Notes: a model not told the origin generated them from the sequence alone. A DNA stretch of 64,000 bases from Hemiscyllium ocellatum (GCF_020745735.1 NC_083421.1:64533001-64597000); one strand, 5' to 3'. Numbered from the stretch's first letter, positions 1 to 12,038 are shown. Program-made: numbers and translations.

Positions 1-547
1 GTGTGTGTGGGACTGTACCCCAGTGAGAGTCAGTGTGTGTGGGAGTGTACCCCAGTGAGAGTCGGTGTGTGTGGTACTGTACCCCAGTGAGAGTCAGTGT
101 GTGTGGGAGCTGTACCCCAGTGAGAGTCAGTGTGTGTGGGAGCTGTACCCCAGTGAGAGTCAGTGTGTGTGGGACTGTACCCCAGTGAGAGTCGGTGTGT
201 GTGGTACTGTACCCCAGTGAGAGTCAGTGTGTGTGGGAGCTGTACCCCAGTGAGAGTCAGTGTGTGTGGGAGCTGTACCCCAGTGAGAGTCAGTGTGTGT
301 GGGACTGTACCCCAGTGAGAGTCAGTGTGTGTGGGAGCTGTACCCCAGTGAGAGTCAGTGTGTGTGGGAGCTGTACCCCAGTGAGAGTCAGTGTGTGTGG
401 GAGCTGTACCCCAGTGAGGGTCAGTGTGTGGGGGACTGTACCCCAGTGAGAGTCAGTGTGTGTGGGACTGTACCCCAGTGAGAGTCGGTGTGTGTGGGAC
501 TGTACCCCAGTGAGAGTCAGTGTGTGTGGGAGCTGTACCCCAGTGAG
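1..547. repeat. 32/33-bp minisatellite (gtgtgtgtggga(g)ctgtaccccagtgagagtca)n, truncated by the window start
   Basis: Near-perfect tandem units with no unique spacers; the same unit recurs at 6779-7010. Confidence 0.95.
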
Positions 548-633
548 CATCTTTCAGAGCCTCCCATTGGCGACTTCCGGTCTGGAATGTATCGGTTTGT
601 TGCCTGGTAACGGTCTTGTTGCAGTTTCTCGCC
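548..633 (+). promoter_or_regulatory. PIERCE1 proximal promoter / 5' UTR
   Basis: CpG-rich; ETS/GABP-type ACTTCCGG at ~573-580; lies immediately upstream of gccATG at 634. Confidence 0.55.
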
Positions 634-788
634 ATGTCTCTGTGCGGAGTGAAGGAACCCACCGTGAAATACCTGAAAACCAGCCCAGAGCCTGAGCCCA
701 CCGCCCCGGGCCGGACCAGCCAGTATTACCGGGTGAAACCTGGCGTTCCCGAGAGATTCGAGCATCCGAGCTGTTTCCAGGGATACGG
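634..788 (+). CDS. PIERCE1: PIERCE1 (C9orf116) exon 1
   Basis: MSLCGVKEP...GRTSQYYRVKPGVPERFEHPSCFQGY(G) resembles human RTSDYYRV..LPGRFNNPGWFRGY; GT donor at 789, phase 2. Confidence 0.9.
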
Positions 789-846
789 GTACGGGCACGG
801 GATTGGGATTTCACACCGGGAACGGGCACGGAGTGTGAATTAGAGC

Positions 847-1365
847 GTGTCAGCATTTACAGGAGGGTCCCGGGGGGAGGGAGGGGGAGTGTGTCAGCAT
901 TTACAGGAGGGTCCCGGGGGGAGGGAGGGGGAGTGTGTCAGCATTTACAGGAGGGTCCCGGGGGGAGGGAGGGGGAGTGTGTCAGCATTTACAGGAGGGT
1001 CCCGGGGGGAGGGAGGGGGAGTGTGTCAGCATTTACAGGAGGGTCCCGGGGGCGGGGGCGGGGGAGTGTGTCAGCATTTACAAGGGTGTCCCTGGGGGCA
1101 GTGTGTCAGTACTTCCAGGGGGGTCCCTCGGGTGACTACGTCAGTATTTACAGGGGGAGGGGGATCCCCAGGGGGAGTGTGTCAGTATTTACAGGGGGAG
1201 GGGGATCCCCAGGGGCAGTGTGTCAGTATTTACAGGGGGAGGGGGATCCCCAGGGGGAGTGTGTCAGTATTTACAGGGGGAGGGGGATCCCCAGGGGCAG
1301 TGTGTCGGTATTTACAGGGGGAGGGGGATCCCCAGGGGGAGTGTGTCAGTATTTACAGGGGGACC
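847..1365. repeat. G-rich minisatellite: 44-bp units followed by 41-bp units
   Basis: (gtgtcagcatttacaggagggtcccggggggagggagggggagt)n, then (gtgtgtcagtatttacagggggagggggatccccaggggga)n, in PIERCE1 intron 1. Confidence 0.9.
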
Positions 1366-1829
1366 CGGGGGGGTGGAGTGAGTCACTATATAGAGGGAAT
1401 CCCTGGGGGTGAATGTATCTGTATTTACAGTGATCGCTGGGAAGAGATGAGTGTGTCAGTTTTTACACAAATCTATAGCTCGTGTGTGACAGTTTATGTG
1501 ACAATTTATCTTTTATGGGACCAATGTCAAATGGAAAGTGTACGGTTCAGGATAAACATTTAAGGACACCTACATAAAGATGTATTTGCTTTAAAGTGAG
1601 TGTAATATTGAAGCATCAAAATTACACTGGGACTTCGAAGGTTTGATTTTAAGTTTGAACGTTTTAATTTTAATTACATAGATCCAACTTGCCCTTGAAT
1701 TTCAGAGATTATTCAATTTTAAAGAATGTAATTAACAGGGTAAAGGGGAATCAGGAAAATGTAGTAATGTGGGTTTCCAATATCCATCGATTGGGATCAA
1801 TAGGTCAAAGAAGGGTCCTGAAGTTTGGG

Positions 1830-2725
1830 TAATGTGTTCATGTGGACAGGAACCAGAGATTAGGGATGAATAGAGCATATACAAGTGACAGGATGTTCTC
1901 ATTGCACTGCTGCAAGACCTGGCGCTCCAATTGTTTACAATCAATATCAATGACTTTGATGAAAAGGCAGAGTGATGTATCTGAGTTTGAGGATTATACA
2001 AAGCTAGGTGCGGAGACCACTGTATCTGCAAAGAGCTATCGGATGGAGTGTAGAGTCAGGAAGTGTGAGGTTATTGTTTGAGAATACAAATAGAAAAGCA
2101 GAATATGGTTGAAAGGGATGAAACTTCTTCATGTTGATGTTCAGAGCGAGTTAGCATGGAGGTAGAACATGGCATTGGGAAGGCCAATGACATGTCCCCT
2201 TTATTTGCAATACAAGAATGCAGAAAGCAGTTTACAGTATGACAGAGTTTTGGTGGGACCATCCCAACAATGTGCAATTTCCATATTGAAGAAAGGCTCA
2301 TCCCGCAGTGGGAGGTGTTACAGTCAAGGTTCAGGAAATTAGCCACTGGGATAAGGGGCTCTCCTCCGATCAGTGAACTGGGCCTGTACTCACTGGTGTT
2401 CAGCTCAATGTGAGGTGATCTCATTGAAACATTGAAGATGATGAGGGGCTTGACAGGGTTGACACTAAGAGGGGGGGGTTTCCTCTTGGGTGGGACCATA
2501 GAACAAGGGGCACAGTCTCAGGATAAGGGGGGATCACCGAGGGCTGGAATATGGAGATATTTCTTCACTCAGAGAGTTGAGAATCTTTGGAACCCTCCAG
2601 AAGGTGTTTCCTGAGTGTATTTACAGTTGGGATAGACAGATAACTTGTCTCCCAGGAAATAAAGAGATATGGTGAAATGGAGTATCAGCACAAGGGGCCA
2701 AATGGTCTACTCTTAGATTCTTAGG
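1830..2725 (+). mobile_element. Degenerate CR1/HER1-type LINE 3' fragment
   Basis: Decayed RT C-terminal remnant (FFTQRVENLWN) and a typical 3' tail. Confidence 0.7.
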
Positions 2726-3173
2726 AAAAGACAAAAGGGCACTGATTTCTCACCCAGTGAGTAGATGTGGTGTGGAAGGCACTGCCTGGAAATGTGGTTC
2801 AATGGTTCAACTGAGCCATTCAAGAGGGAATTTGGAAAGAAACAATGTGCCGAGAAATGGCACAAAATCAGACTGCTCTTTGGAGGGCCAGTACAGACAT
2901 AATGGGCAAGTTTCCTTCTGCATTATAAAAATGCTGTGATTCTTTCTGATTTAGATCAGAAGTCACATGACACCAGGTTATAGTCCAATAGGTTTATTTG
3001 AAATCACAAGCTTTTGAAGTGCTACTCCTTCATCAGGTAAAGTGACGGGAAACACACAGGCACAGAATTTATTGGCAGAGACATCAAAAGATTGTACAGA
3101 TGGTGTGAGTGGAGTGTGACAGGCATAAATGCCGGAAGAAACATCAAAGAAGCGCTTCGCAGGAGGCTCCTGA

Positions 3174-3213
3174 GCACTGATGATGTCTCCTAGCCAGGGG
3201 ACGAAACGTTTGC
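3174..3213 (+). ncRNA. Minimal type I hammerhead ribozyme motif (Penelope-associated)
   Basis: gca CTGATGA t gtctcct-agcc-aggggac GAAAC GTT tgc: intact core, 7-bp stem II, 3-bp stem I, palindromic ACGT at stem III. Confidence 0.75.
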
Positions 3214-4456
3214 AACAAAAACTTCCAGCTCGGCGAACAGAACCACTACAATAAGGTGGAGAGATCATAACAAATTATCAAGGTGATGGTGTCAAAACAG
3301 GACAGTAAGAAAGATTTTACAAATAGAGGACAGTGTGGTGGGGTTACATGTAGCACGTCATGAACCCAAGATCATGGTTGAGGCTACCTTCATGGATATG
3401 GAACTTGGCTAGTAGTTTCTGCTTGGCAATTCTGTGTTGTTGTGTATCTCGAAGGCTCCCTTGGGGGATGCTTATCCAAACATCAGAGGCTGCATGCCCT
3501 TTACCACTGGAGTGTTCTCCGTCTGAGGGGGAACATTTCTGTCTGGCCATTGTTGCACAGTGTCCATTCATCCATTGCTGTAGAGTCTGCCTAGTCTCAC
3601 CAAATATACCAGGCCTTGGGGTATCCTTGCCTGCAGCATATGAGGCAAAGAATATTGGCCAAGTCACATGAGTATCTGTCATGTATGTGGTGGGTGGTGT
3701 TCCCGGGTGTAGTATCAGTGTTGGTGATCTCACATGTCTTGCAGAGGTCCCATGGCAGGGCTGTTTTATATTGTGGTTAATGTTGTTCTCCTGGAGGCTG
3801 GGTAGCTTGCAGCAAACAATGATCTGTTTAAGGTTTGGCGATTGTTTGAAGGTGAGAAGTGGAGGTGTAGGGATGATGTTGACAAGATATTGGTCATCAT
3901 TGATGACGTGTTGAAGGCTGTGAAGAACATGGCATACTGAACGACAAGGGGCACTCTATCAGTCATATCCTGTGTCTGTCTTCTCAGGAGGTCAAAGTTA
4001 GAAAGCAAACTACACAAGATTATAGTCCAACAGGTTTATTTAGAGGCTCTAGCTTTCAAAGTACTGCTTCTTCATCAGGTAGATGTTATTTTTAACTTTG
4101 TCCACCTCAGTCTAACACTGGCTCCTCCAAATGCTGAGGAGGTAATTGCAGTTTTTCACAGTGGCATATCGGAACTGGCAATTGATGGGTTGAGCATCAT
4201 ATCCCATTCTTATGAGAGCATCCTTCAAAATCTTTCGGTGTCTATTGCATTCCTCCTAGTCTGAGTAGATCCTGTATATACATCAGGCTTGTCCAGAGAG
4301 CCTGAGCCTGTGACTCTGATACCTATCATGTTATTTCAGACATTTGATTTGTCTCCAGAACCATTTTATTTTATTTTTGTAATTATCTGCCTCAATTAAT
4401 CATACTATAGGCCATCCCTTCACTTGTTATTCATGTGTTGACACTTTACTCTTGCC

Positions 4457-4583
4457 GGAGAAAGTGAGGACTGCAGATGCTGGAGATCAGAGCTGAAGAA
4501 GGGCTCATGCCCGAAACGTCAACTCTCCTGCTCCTTGGATGCTGCCTGACCTGCTGCACTTTTCCAGCAACACATTTTCAGCT
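4457..4583 (+). mobile_element. 127-bp Penelope-derived mini-element with a hammerhead core
   Basis: 13-bp TSD ctttactcttgcc (4444-4456 and 4584-4596); CTGAAGA a gggc-tcat-gccc GAAACGTC at 4493-4520. Confidence 0.75.
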
Positions 4584-4762
4584 CTTTACTCTTGCCATCT
4601 GACACTTTTGATCACCTGCAGAGACTTGTCATTTCAGCGGCTCGACACTCCACTCACACCATTTGTTCAACCTGTACATCTCTTTGCCTATAAATTCTGT
4701 GCCAGTGTGCTTCACTTCACCTGACAAAGGAGCAGCACTCTGAAAGCTCGTGATTTCAAAGA

Positions 4763-5159
4763 CAGAACATTTTGTTTGAATGATCAAATGTCCGGATAAC
4801 TGATCTGCTGGCCGCACCCACGGGGGGCGAGTGTGAGACCAGGTTGCAGCTCCCTGGTGGTTGGCTGGTGGTGTCACCTGTTCCCGTTGCTCCAGGAACG
4901 TGGTGGTCCCAGATCCAGCTTCTCTCACTCTCTTATTTCAGCTTTAATTTAATATGTAGCTATTATGCTATGACACAGGATCTTTGTTTCAAATAGAGTA
5001 TCACACTTCAAGTGATACAAGATGGAGCAGAAGATTTTTAAGCTTTCAGGTCTCAGGTCTCGTCATTGTTACAATTTACCCAAACATCAGGACCTTGAGA
5101 TCTTGTTTGGATAATCCGAAATTTGGATGATCGAGGTTCAAATAACCCAGGTTGCTCTG
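4763..5159. mobile_element. Tigger/pogo-like non-autonomous DNA transposon (MITE)
   Basis: Interrupts the pLTR motif gtgatttcaaa(ta)aacctgttggac at its TA; right end ...gaggttcaaataacccaggttgctctgTA; a similar end occurs at ~28680-28730. Confidence 0.5.
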
Positions 5160-5224
5160 TAAACCTGTTGGACTATAACAGGTACACCCCAGTCCAACAC
5201 CGACACCTCCACATCTGTCTGGTT

Positions 5225-5857
5225 TAGTTAGATTAGATTAGATTACTTACAGTGTGGAAACAGGCCCTTCGGCCCAACAAGTCCACACCGACCCGCCGAA
5301 GCGCAACCCACCCATACCCCTACATTTACCCCTTACCTAACACTACGGGCAATTTAGCATGGCCAATTCACCTGACCCGCACATCTTTGGATTAGATTAG
5401 ATTACTTACAGTGTGGAAACAGGCCCTTCGGCCCAACAAGTCCACACCGACCCGCCGAAGCGCAACCCACCCATACATATACCCCTTACCTAACACTACG
5501 GGCAATTTAGCATGGCCAATTCACCTGACCCGCACATCTTTGTGACTGTGGGAGGAAACCGGAGCACCCGGAGGAAACCCACGCAGACACGGGGAGAACG
5601 TGCAAACTCCACACAGTCAGTCACCTGAGGCAGGAATTGAACCCAGGTCCCTGGCGCTGTGAGGCAGCAGTGCTAACCACTGTGCCACCGTGCCGCCCTA
5701 AAACTTTGGGAGGAAACCGGAGCACCCGGAGGAAACCCACGCAGACACGGGGAGAACGTGCAAACTCCACACAGTCAGTCGCCTGAGGTGGGAATTGAAC
5801 CCGGGTCTCAGGCGCTGTGAGACAGCAGTGCTAACCACTGTGCCACCGTGCCGCCCA
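5225..5857 (-). mobile_element. HE1-type tRNA-derived SINE nested inside another copy
   Basis: Full copy 5391-5698 flanked by a 5' half (5707-5857) and a 3' half (5225-5390); A/B boxes and an (aatct)n tail. Confidence 0.85.
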
Positions 5858-6583
5858 CAGTTAGGGCATTAAAGGGAATTATATTACCTGATAAGATTTG
5901 AAAAGATAAGCTAATTCCTCTGGGTCGGAGGGGTGACTCGAGAACAAGGTTTGTGGGGTGGGCGGGTCTAGTGCAGAACCTGAACATTGGGGCCTGGGGC
6001 TGTTCAGGGTTAGCATCGAGTGGTAATTTCTCACAAAAGGGAGCAGATATTTGGAACTCTTCTCCTTCCCCCAAAACTCAAAACAAAAATCAAGTGGTTG
6101 AACTGTGTGAGCGTGAATCCTGAGTGTTTGCAGCAAACCACTATCAGGGAAAAAAATCAAACCAGAGATTCATACGTTGTTGTTCGACGACAGTTTTCAA
6201 GATCCTGGAGGTTAAAACATCTGTCAACCTTCAACAATAGAATGAAAGAGTAGGAAGAGAGGCTGAATGGCCTCCTCCAGGACACAGGGCCAATGTGACG
6301 ATTGCAGGTACTGGAGGTTAGAGTCAAGATTAGAGTGGTGCTGGAAAGGCACAGCAGGTCAGGCAGCATCTGAGGAGCAGGAAAATCCTCCAGGACACAG
6401 TGTGAGAAACATGGGAGCTCCAATCACATGGTTAGGATTACACATGTGCTGGATGCATGCAGCTGGCAAACAGTGGGAAGGTGATTAGCTCAGTGATAGC
6501 CCAAGAGACAGTGGTTATAGAACTACATGTGTTTGATATCCGATCATCACCACAATTACCTTTCATTGACTGACAATTGACAG

Positions 6584-6662
6584 ATCTCAGCCAACAAACC
6601 CGCTCTACAGAACGACAAACCAAACTTACGGCAGTCAGCAGCCAACTGTTCATGAAATGCCG
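6584..6662 (+). CDS. PIERCE1: PIERCE1 exon 2
   Basis: [26 protein letters not shown] matches YRTSNQAYGSRAPTVHEMP; AG at 6582-6583, GT at 6663; 79 nt keeps phase. Confidence 0.92.
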
Positions 6663-6778
6663 GTAAGAAATGTCACTTCCTGAAATCAGCTAGTTTCATA
6701 GTCATTTCATAGAAATGTCAAACCCAATGGAGTGGAATAGACTATTTATAGTCTCTGTCCAGTTGAACACATTCAATG

Positions 6779-7010
6779 TATGTGGGAGCTGTACCCCAGT
6801 GAGAGACAGTGTGTGTGGGACTGTACCCCAGTGAGAGTCAGTGTGTGTGGGAGCTGTACCCCAGTGAGAGTCAGTGTGTGTGGGACTGTACCCCAGTGAG
6901 AGTCAGTGTGTGTGGGAGCTGTACCCCAGTGAGAGTCAGTGTGTGTGGGACTGTACCCCAGTGAGAGTCAGTGTGTGTGGGAGCTGTACCCCAGTGAGAG
7001 TCAGTGTGTG
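6779..7010. repeat. 32/33-bp minisatellite (same unit as 1-547)
   Basis: Identical unit sequence. Confidence 0.9.
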
Positions 7011-7089
7011 TTGAATCTATTCCTTCCTTGGAGTAAGTCATTTTAAAAGTTTTTAAAGTGAGTCTCCAGCACACATTTGTTTATTTTGT

Positions 7090-7440
7090 AAGGGTGGGGA
7101 GGATTGGGTTTGAGGGTGGATATGGAGGAGTGGATTGAGGGTGGGGATGGGTTGAGGGTGGGGAGGAGAGTGGGTTGAGGGTGGGGAGGAATGGGGATTG
7201 AGGTTGGGGAGGAGAGTGGGTTGAGGGTGGGGGATGGCTTGAGAGTGTGGGAGGAGTGGGGGTTGAGGGTGTGGGAGGAGAGTGGGTTGAGGGTGGGGAC
7301 TGGGTTGAGGGTGGGACTGGGTTGAGGGTGTGGGAGGAGTGGGGTTTGAGGGTGTGGGAGGAGAGTGGGTTGAGGGTGGGGACTTGGTTGAGGGTGTGGG
7401 AGGAGTGGGGTTTGAGGGTGTGGGAGGAGAGTGGGTTGAC
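7090..7440. repeat. G-rich degenerate ~24-bp repeat (gggttgagggtgtgggaggagagt)
   Basis: Tandem GGG-run units in PIERCE1 intron 2. Confidence 0.85.
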
Positions 7441-7521
7441 GGTGGCGGTTATATTTGTAGCAGATTGCAGTGGGTGTAATTTGCCCCCAACCTCATTGTT
7501 GCTGACCACTTGTCTTTCCAG

Positions 7522-7710
7522 ACCAGTTACTTTACAGTATCTCAGAAACTTTCTGAACATTTAAGTAAATGTGGGATGTACAAGGACCACGGATTTAACG
7601 TGGGCACGGAGAAATCGCTGGTCACTGGACCAGAAAACCTGATCACATTCCAGGATCGGCTGAACTTTCATCGCTCCTATTTCTCCGCTGGTCCTTCCTA
7701 CACAGATTAG
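7522..7710 (+). CDS. PIERCE1: PIERCE1 exon 3 (last coding exon; protein about 140 aa)
   Basis: TSYFTVSQKLSEHLSKCGMYKDHGFNVGTEKSLVTGPENLITFQDRLNFHRSY...TD* matches EKSIVTGPDN..DRLNFHPSY; ATTAAA at 7805-7810. Confidence 0.92.
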   Translation, partial: TSYFTVSQKLSEHLSKCGMYKDHGFNVGTEKSLVTGPENLITFQDRLNFHRSYFSAGPSYTD

Positions 7711-7989
7711 GCAAGGCCCCGTGTCCACGCAAACTCCAAACTCAAACATATTGCTGCAGTGTCCAAAACACTGCCAACCCTCTGTGGAACATGTCATTCA
7801 TTGTATTAAAAAGATTTATTCAAATACAAACTCAAAACTATTTGTCTTTTACTTAAAAAAAAACCTTCGAGTAAAAAATGAGGTCTGCATTTGCTGGAGA
7901 TCAGAGCTGAAAATGTGTTGCTGGTTAAAAAATACCACATTGTTTCAACCGTTACAACTGGTGTTCAATCAGAGATAGCGATTCAGACA

Positions 7990-8480
7990 CAGTCAGTGCT
8001 GAGGGAGTGCCGCACTGTCAGAGGGTCAGTGCTGAGGAAGTGCCGCACTGTCATTGGATCAGTGCTGAGGGAGTACCACACTGTCATATGGTCAGTGCTG
8101 AGGGAGTGCCACACTGTCAGAGGGTCAGTGCTGAGGGAGTGCCACACTGTCATAGGGTCAGTGCTGAGGGAGCGCCGCACTGTCAGAGGGTCAGTGCTGA
8201 GGGAGTGGGCACTGTTGGAGGGTCAGCGCTGAGGGAGTGCCACACTGTCAGAGGGTCAGTGCTGAGGGAGTGCTGCACTGTCATAGGGTCAGTACCTTTT
8301 ATTCCTGATGAAGGGCTTTTGCCCGAAACGTTGATTTCACTGCAATTTGGATGCTGCCTGAACTGCTGTGCTCTTCCAGCACCACTAATCCAGAAATAGG
8401 GTCAGTACTGACGGAGTGCCACGCTGTCAGAGGGTAAGTGCTGAGGGAGTGCTGCATTGTTGGAGGGTCATTGCTGAGAC
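7990..8480. repeat. 33-bp shark-type minisatellite (gagggtcagtgctgagggagtgccgcactgtc), diverged
   Basis: Tandem units; same family at 12390-12580, 33095-33809, 43115-44250 and 57180-57320. Confidence 0.9.
8296..8395 (+). mobile_element. 100-bp Penelope-derived mini-element with a hammerhead core
   Basis: 13-bp TSD atagggtcagtac (8283-8295 and 8396-8408); attc CTGATGA a gggc-tttt-gccc GAAACGTT ga at 8301-8334. Confidence 0.75.
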
Positions 8481-9437
8481 AGTGTTTCTCAGTTTAAAGA
8501 GACCATATATTTTAGATAAAACATTAATCCAAGAACTATTTTTTTTTGTTATATATGTTCCGATATGCGTTTTTCTATATGTGTTCCGATCCCAATTGTT
8601 TCCCTCATTGCGAATGTCCATTGACCTGTTACTAGTGTTTCTGGGGACTCACTGCTGGAGTGTTACAGTTACTGGCTATCATTCTCTTCCTGCAGTTTCT
8701 CAAAATAATGAGTGAGCATACTACAGAGTGTTCCATGTGTAGGATGACAATATCTGAATACTTTTGAAAGTGCTGGAATGTTGCTGAATGCAAGATATTA
8801 AACCAGTCTGTGGTGAGTGTTGGAAAGCAGGGCTGTGCTGGCCAGAGATGAACCTTGTGTAATTCCAGTCTCACAAGCTGAAGCCGTGATCACTCTCTAT
8901 GGATTGAGCAATGTGCATCCATTGCTAAAGAGCTACAGGAACATTGGCAAGCTTAAGTATAATTACCAGAAATCAAACACAGTAAGATGAAGCATTTCCA
9001 GTTTCAGACTCCAGACTGTAGAATGCTGATGCTAAAGCTGGCTCCTGGCTTTTAAGAAATAAATGCTTCTGTTTTCTCTCTCCCTCTTGTACATTTGTGG
9101 ACCGTGTTCTTGTCCTTTATTAGGTCAGGTTAGATTTTATCGAACCTGTTTGGTCTCTTGTTACTCCTACTCAGAGATCCTTTATAACATTTTCAATGCA
9201 CATATCCAACCTCCACAAGTTTCCTGTTGGCATTTTGCAGAAAAAGACCAAAGTTTGCCAGAAGTTTTGGCAATTGGGCACCGTCACATCATTGTGCTTC
9301 TATACCCCACTTGCTTATGTCTTCAGTAACACAGCGATTGGCATAAAATGTATCTTCAAGCTTCCATGGTCAAAGCGAAACTTTCCTTCACGCAGCCTTT
9401 GCAGCTGTTTACTATTTCACAGTTGACATTTTTCTGA

Positions 9438-9543
9438 TTTGGAGACGCTGGTGTTGTCAACCACCTGATGAAGGAGCAGCCCTCCAAAAGCTAGTGTGCT
9501 TCTAATTAAACCTGTTGGACTATAACCTGGTGTTATGTGATTT
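9438..9543 (+). mobile_element. 106-bp Penelope-derived mini-element with a mutated hammerhead
   Basis: 15-bp TSD ttgacatttttctga (9423-9437 and 9544-9558); cac CTGATGA a ggag-cagcc-ctcc aAAAGCTA gtg, with G12 changed to A. Confidence 0.7.
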
Positions 9544-11278
9544 TTGACATTTTTCTGAACTGTTCTAAAGTTTACATTCCCTCAGACCTTATTCTGAATA
9601 TCCTGAGAAGTCTCGCTGATACATGTTTTACATTTCTTGGCCAGGGTGTACAATTCAATTAAAATTTCAATTGCAAAATTTTAACGAGCCCAGTATTTTA
9701 ACAAAGGGATTGAACACCTTGCCCCGGGGCCATTCATTAGACAGAGACCTTTTACCCTTTTGTGCCTGTTATTGTTTTATAATTTGTTTGCAGGGTGAAG
9801 GCACTGCTGGCTGGACCAGCATTTATTGCCCATCTGTGGTTGTTTAGAGACAGTTAAGAGTCAGCCATGTTGCTGTCACATGTAGGCCAGACCAGATGAA
9901 CCAGATGGGTTTTTCCAACGATGACAATGGCTTTCACGGTCATCATCAGACCTTTAAATCTAGATTTCTGTTGCATTCCAATTCCACTGTCTGTCATGGG
10001 TCCCTCAGATATGTCCTGGGTCTCTGGATTCTCAGTCTAGTAATAATACCCCTAGGCCATCACCCATAGCAACAGCATTGGCAACGCATATATTTATGGA
10101 ATATGAGAATGGGAAATAAACATTACTGATTGCAAAGGATTTATCAGTGATTACTTGGAGCTGAGCAGTTAAAAGACTAAAGGAGATTACAGTCTATTTA
10201 CTGAGTAAAATAAGTGAATTTGGAAAGGAGGTAAATGTGGAGTTTTATTGCTTTAATTGTTGAGCAAACAGACCCGAAAAAACCCTAATGGGTCTATGCT
10301 GCCATAGCCTATCAACAGCCTCTTGCCTACCATCATGAGACTTGACAGCGTAAATGCTGAGAGGATAGTTCCCCATGAGAGAGTCGAGGTCCAGAGGGCA
10401 TTGTCTCAGAATAAAGCAGCACCAATTTAAGACAGAGCGCTGTGGGGACAGAATCTGTGGATATTTAAAGCAAGGATAGATGGATTCTTGAATCAGTGAA
10501 TCAAGTGTTACAGGGAAAAGGCAAGAAAATGAATGAAAGCAATGTCAGATCAGCCACAATTCTACTGAATGGCACAACAGTTTTGAGGGGATGAATGGCC
10601 TACTCCTGTTCCTAGAAACTGTAGACAGTTGCGAGATAAGTTCAGTTGAAGGTTGAATTATTGTCTCAGCTTGTCTGAGTCAGAGCTTAGAGCCAAACGC
10701 AGCATTGTCTATATTTCTCTCAGTGAAACAACTTAGGGGATTACAAACTGATAAAAATGTCAAATAGCAGGAGTCTGGTTTTTTAGCTGAACTTAAAATT
10801 GGGCCTGCATATTCCCATCATTCAGTGACCGAAAATAAAGTGAACTGTTTGACAAGAAACTAAAAGAACCGCGATAAAGTCACCTCATTCTTACTTTCTC
10901 ATCAGGCTTCACTGTTGGCAGGGGTTTCCTTTGTCGTTTCTGTGTAAGAACGTGTGTATGTTTGAAATCGGGGCAGGCCTATCATTTCATTCACATAGCT
11001 TAGTCAAGAAGCAGCTTTCCACTTGTTTAAGGAAGTGGTCTGTTTGTAATAAATGCATTATTTTTGGGTTTATTGAAATGACCAGTAAAAGCATCTTGCT
11101 TTCAATAACAATAACAACCAGAAAGAAAACTGACCATTTTTGATGACTAAGACATTTTCAGTACAGCTTGCAGACATGGAGCTTCACTTCCCAAACCCTC
11201 CTCCTGCCAGTGGGAACAGCAGGAAAGGGATCGATCCTCTTCTCCCATTCGTTTGGACTACAGCCAATCTGTGTCTCA

Positions 11279-11527
11279 AAGTTTGGGAGAAGATTTGTAG
11301 CTCAGGTGCTCGTTGTTGTGGTTCTGTTCGCCGAGCTGGGAATGTGTGTTGCAAACGTTTCGTCCCCTGTCTAGGTGACATCCTCAGTGATTGGGAGCCT
11401 CCTGTGAAGCGCTTCTGTGATCTTTCCTCCGGCATTTATAGACGTTAATTTGTAGCACTAGATATCACCTAGACAGGGGACGAAATGTTTGCAACACACA
11501 TTCCCAGCTCGGCAAACAGAACCACAA
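11279..11527. mobile_element. ~250-bp fold-back Penelope-derived element with hammerhead-bearing inverted arms
   Basis: 14-bp TSD caatctgtgtctca (11265-11278 and 11528-11541); arms 11312-11382 and 11461-11530; minus-strand CTGAGGA t gtcacct-agac-aggggac GAAACGTT at ~11351-11390. Confidence 0.8.
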
Positions 11528-12038
11528 CAATCTGTGTCTCAGCTCCAAAGCATTGTCTGACTTTCTCACATATCACAAATCACTTCATCGCTCAGATTCT
11601 GTCCTCACATCAACAAGTCAATCAATTCAAGTTTAGAAATTTCAGTAGCCCTCCAGCGTTCACAGCCTTTGTGAGGAAGAGAGTTTCAGATTTTCCTGAA
11701 ACTAATTGACAAATGTTTCCTGACATCAATAGCCTGGCTTTAGTTTGAAGGTCTGGACTGGAGAACAACAGCAACATTTCTTTGAGTCTGTTCTAGCTAA
11801 ACCAGCATCAAATTTTAAAACACTTGGAAAAAAATACAGATATATTCATTAAAAAAACATTTGCCCCACACTCTCAAATTCACTTTCTCAAAGTCCAAGG
11901 TTAGGGACTTGGATTTGAAAATGCCCTATACAAGTTTGTCTACATTTTGTTTTGAACAGCACGAAAGGACGGCTGTTCACTTGTGGCATCATGCAACAGT
12001 GAAAAATGACATTGTAGCTCCCTCTTGTGCACTGTTAA

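Larger units (their letters stand above)
2960..5215 (-). mobile_element. Penelope-like element remnant with GIY-YIG endonuclease fragment, inverted pseudo-LTRs and nested inserts
   Basis: ORF 3344-3733(-) IFGETRQTLQQWMNGH...KLLAKF...GSLNHDLGF is a GIY-YIG-like C-terminus; 2975-3120 is inverted relative to 4640-4760 plus 5160-5215. Confidence 0.75.

Noticed and set aside
1-547. CRISPR-like appearance of the 25-33-bp arrays (also 33095-33809, 40754-41284, 43115-44250)
   Set aside because: Units are contiguous with no unique spacers, there are no cas genes, and the context is eukaryotic.
847-1563. 238-aa Gly-rich ORF, and the 349-aa Pro-rich ORF at 62062-63111
   Set aside because: Both derive from low-complexity minisatellites in introns; the second is antisense to SURF1.
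5620-5698. tRNA-like A/B box sequences
   Set aside because: These are SINE heads attached to SINE bodies and tails, not tRNA genes.
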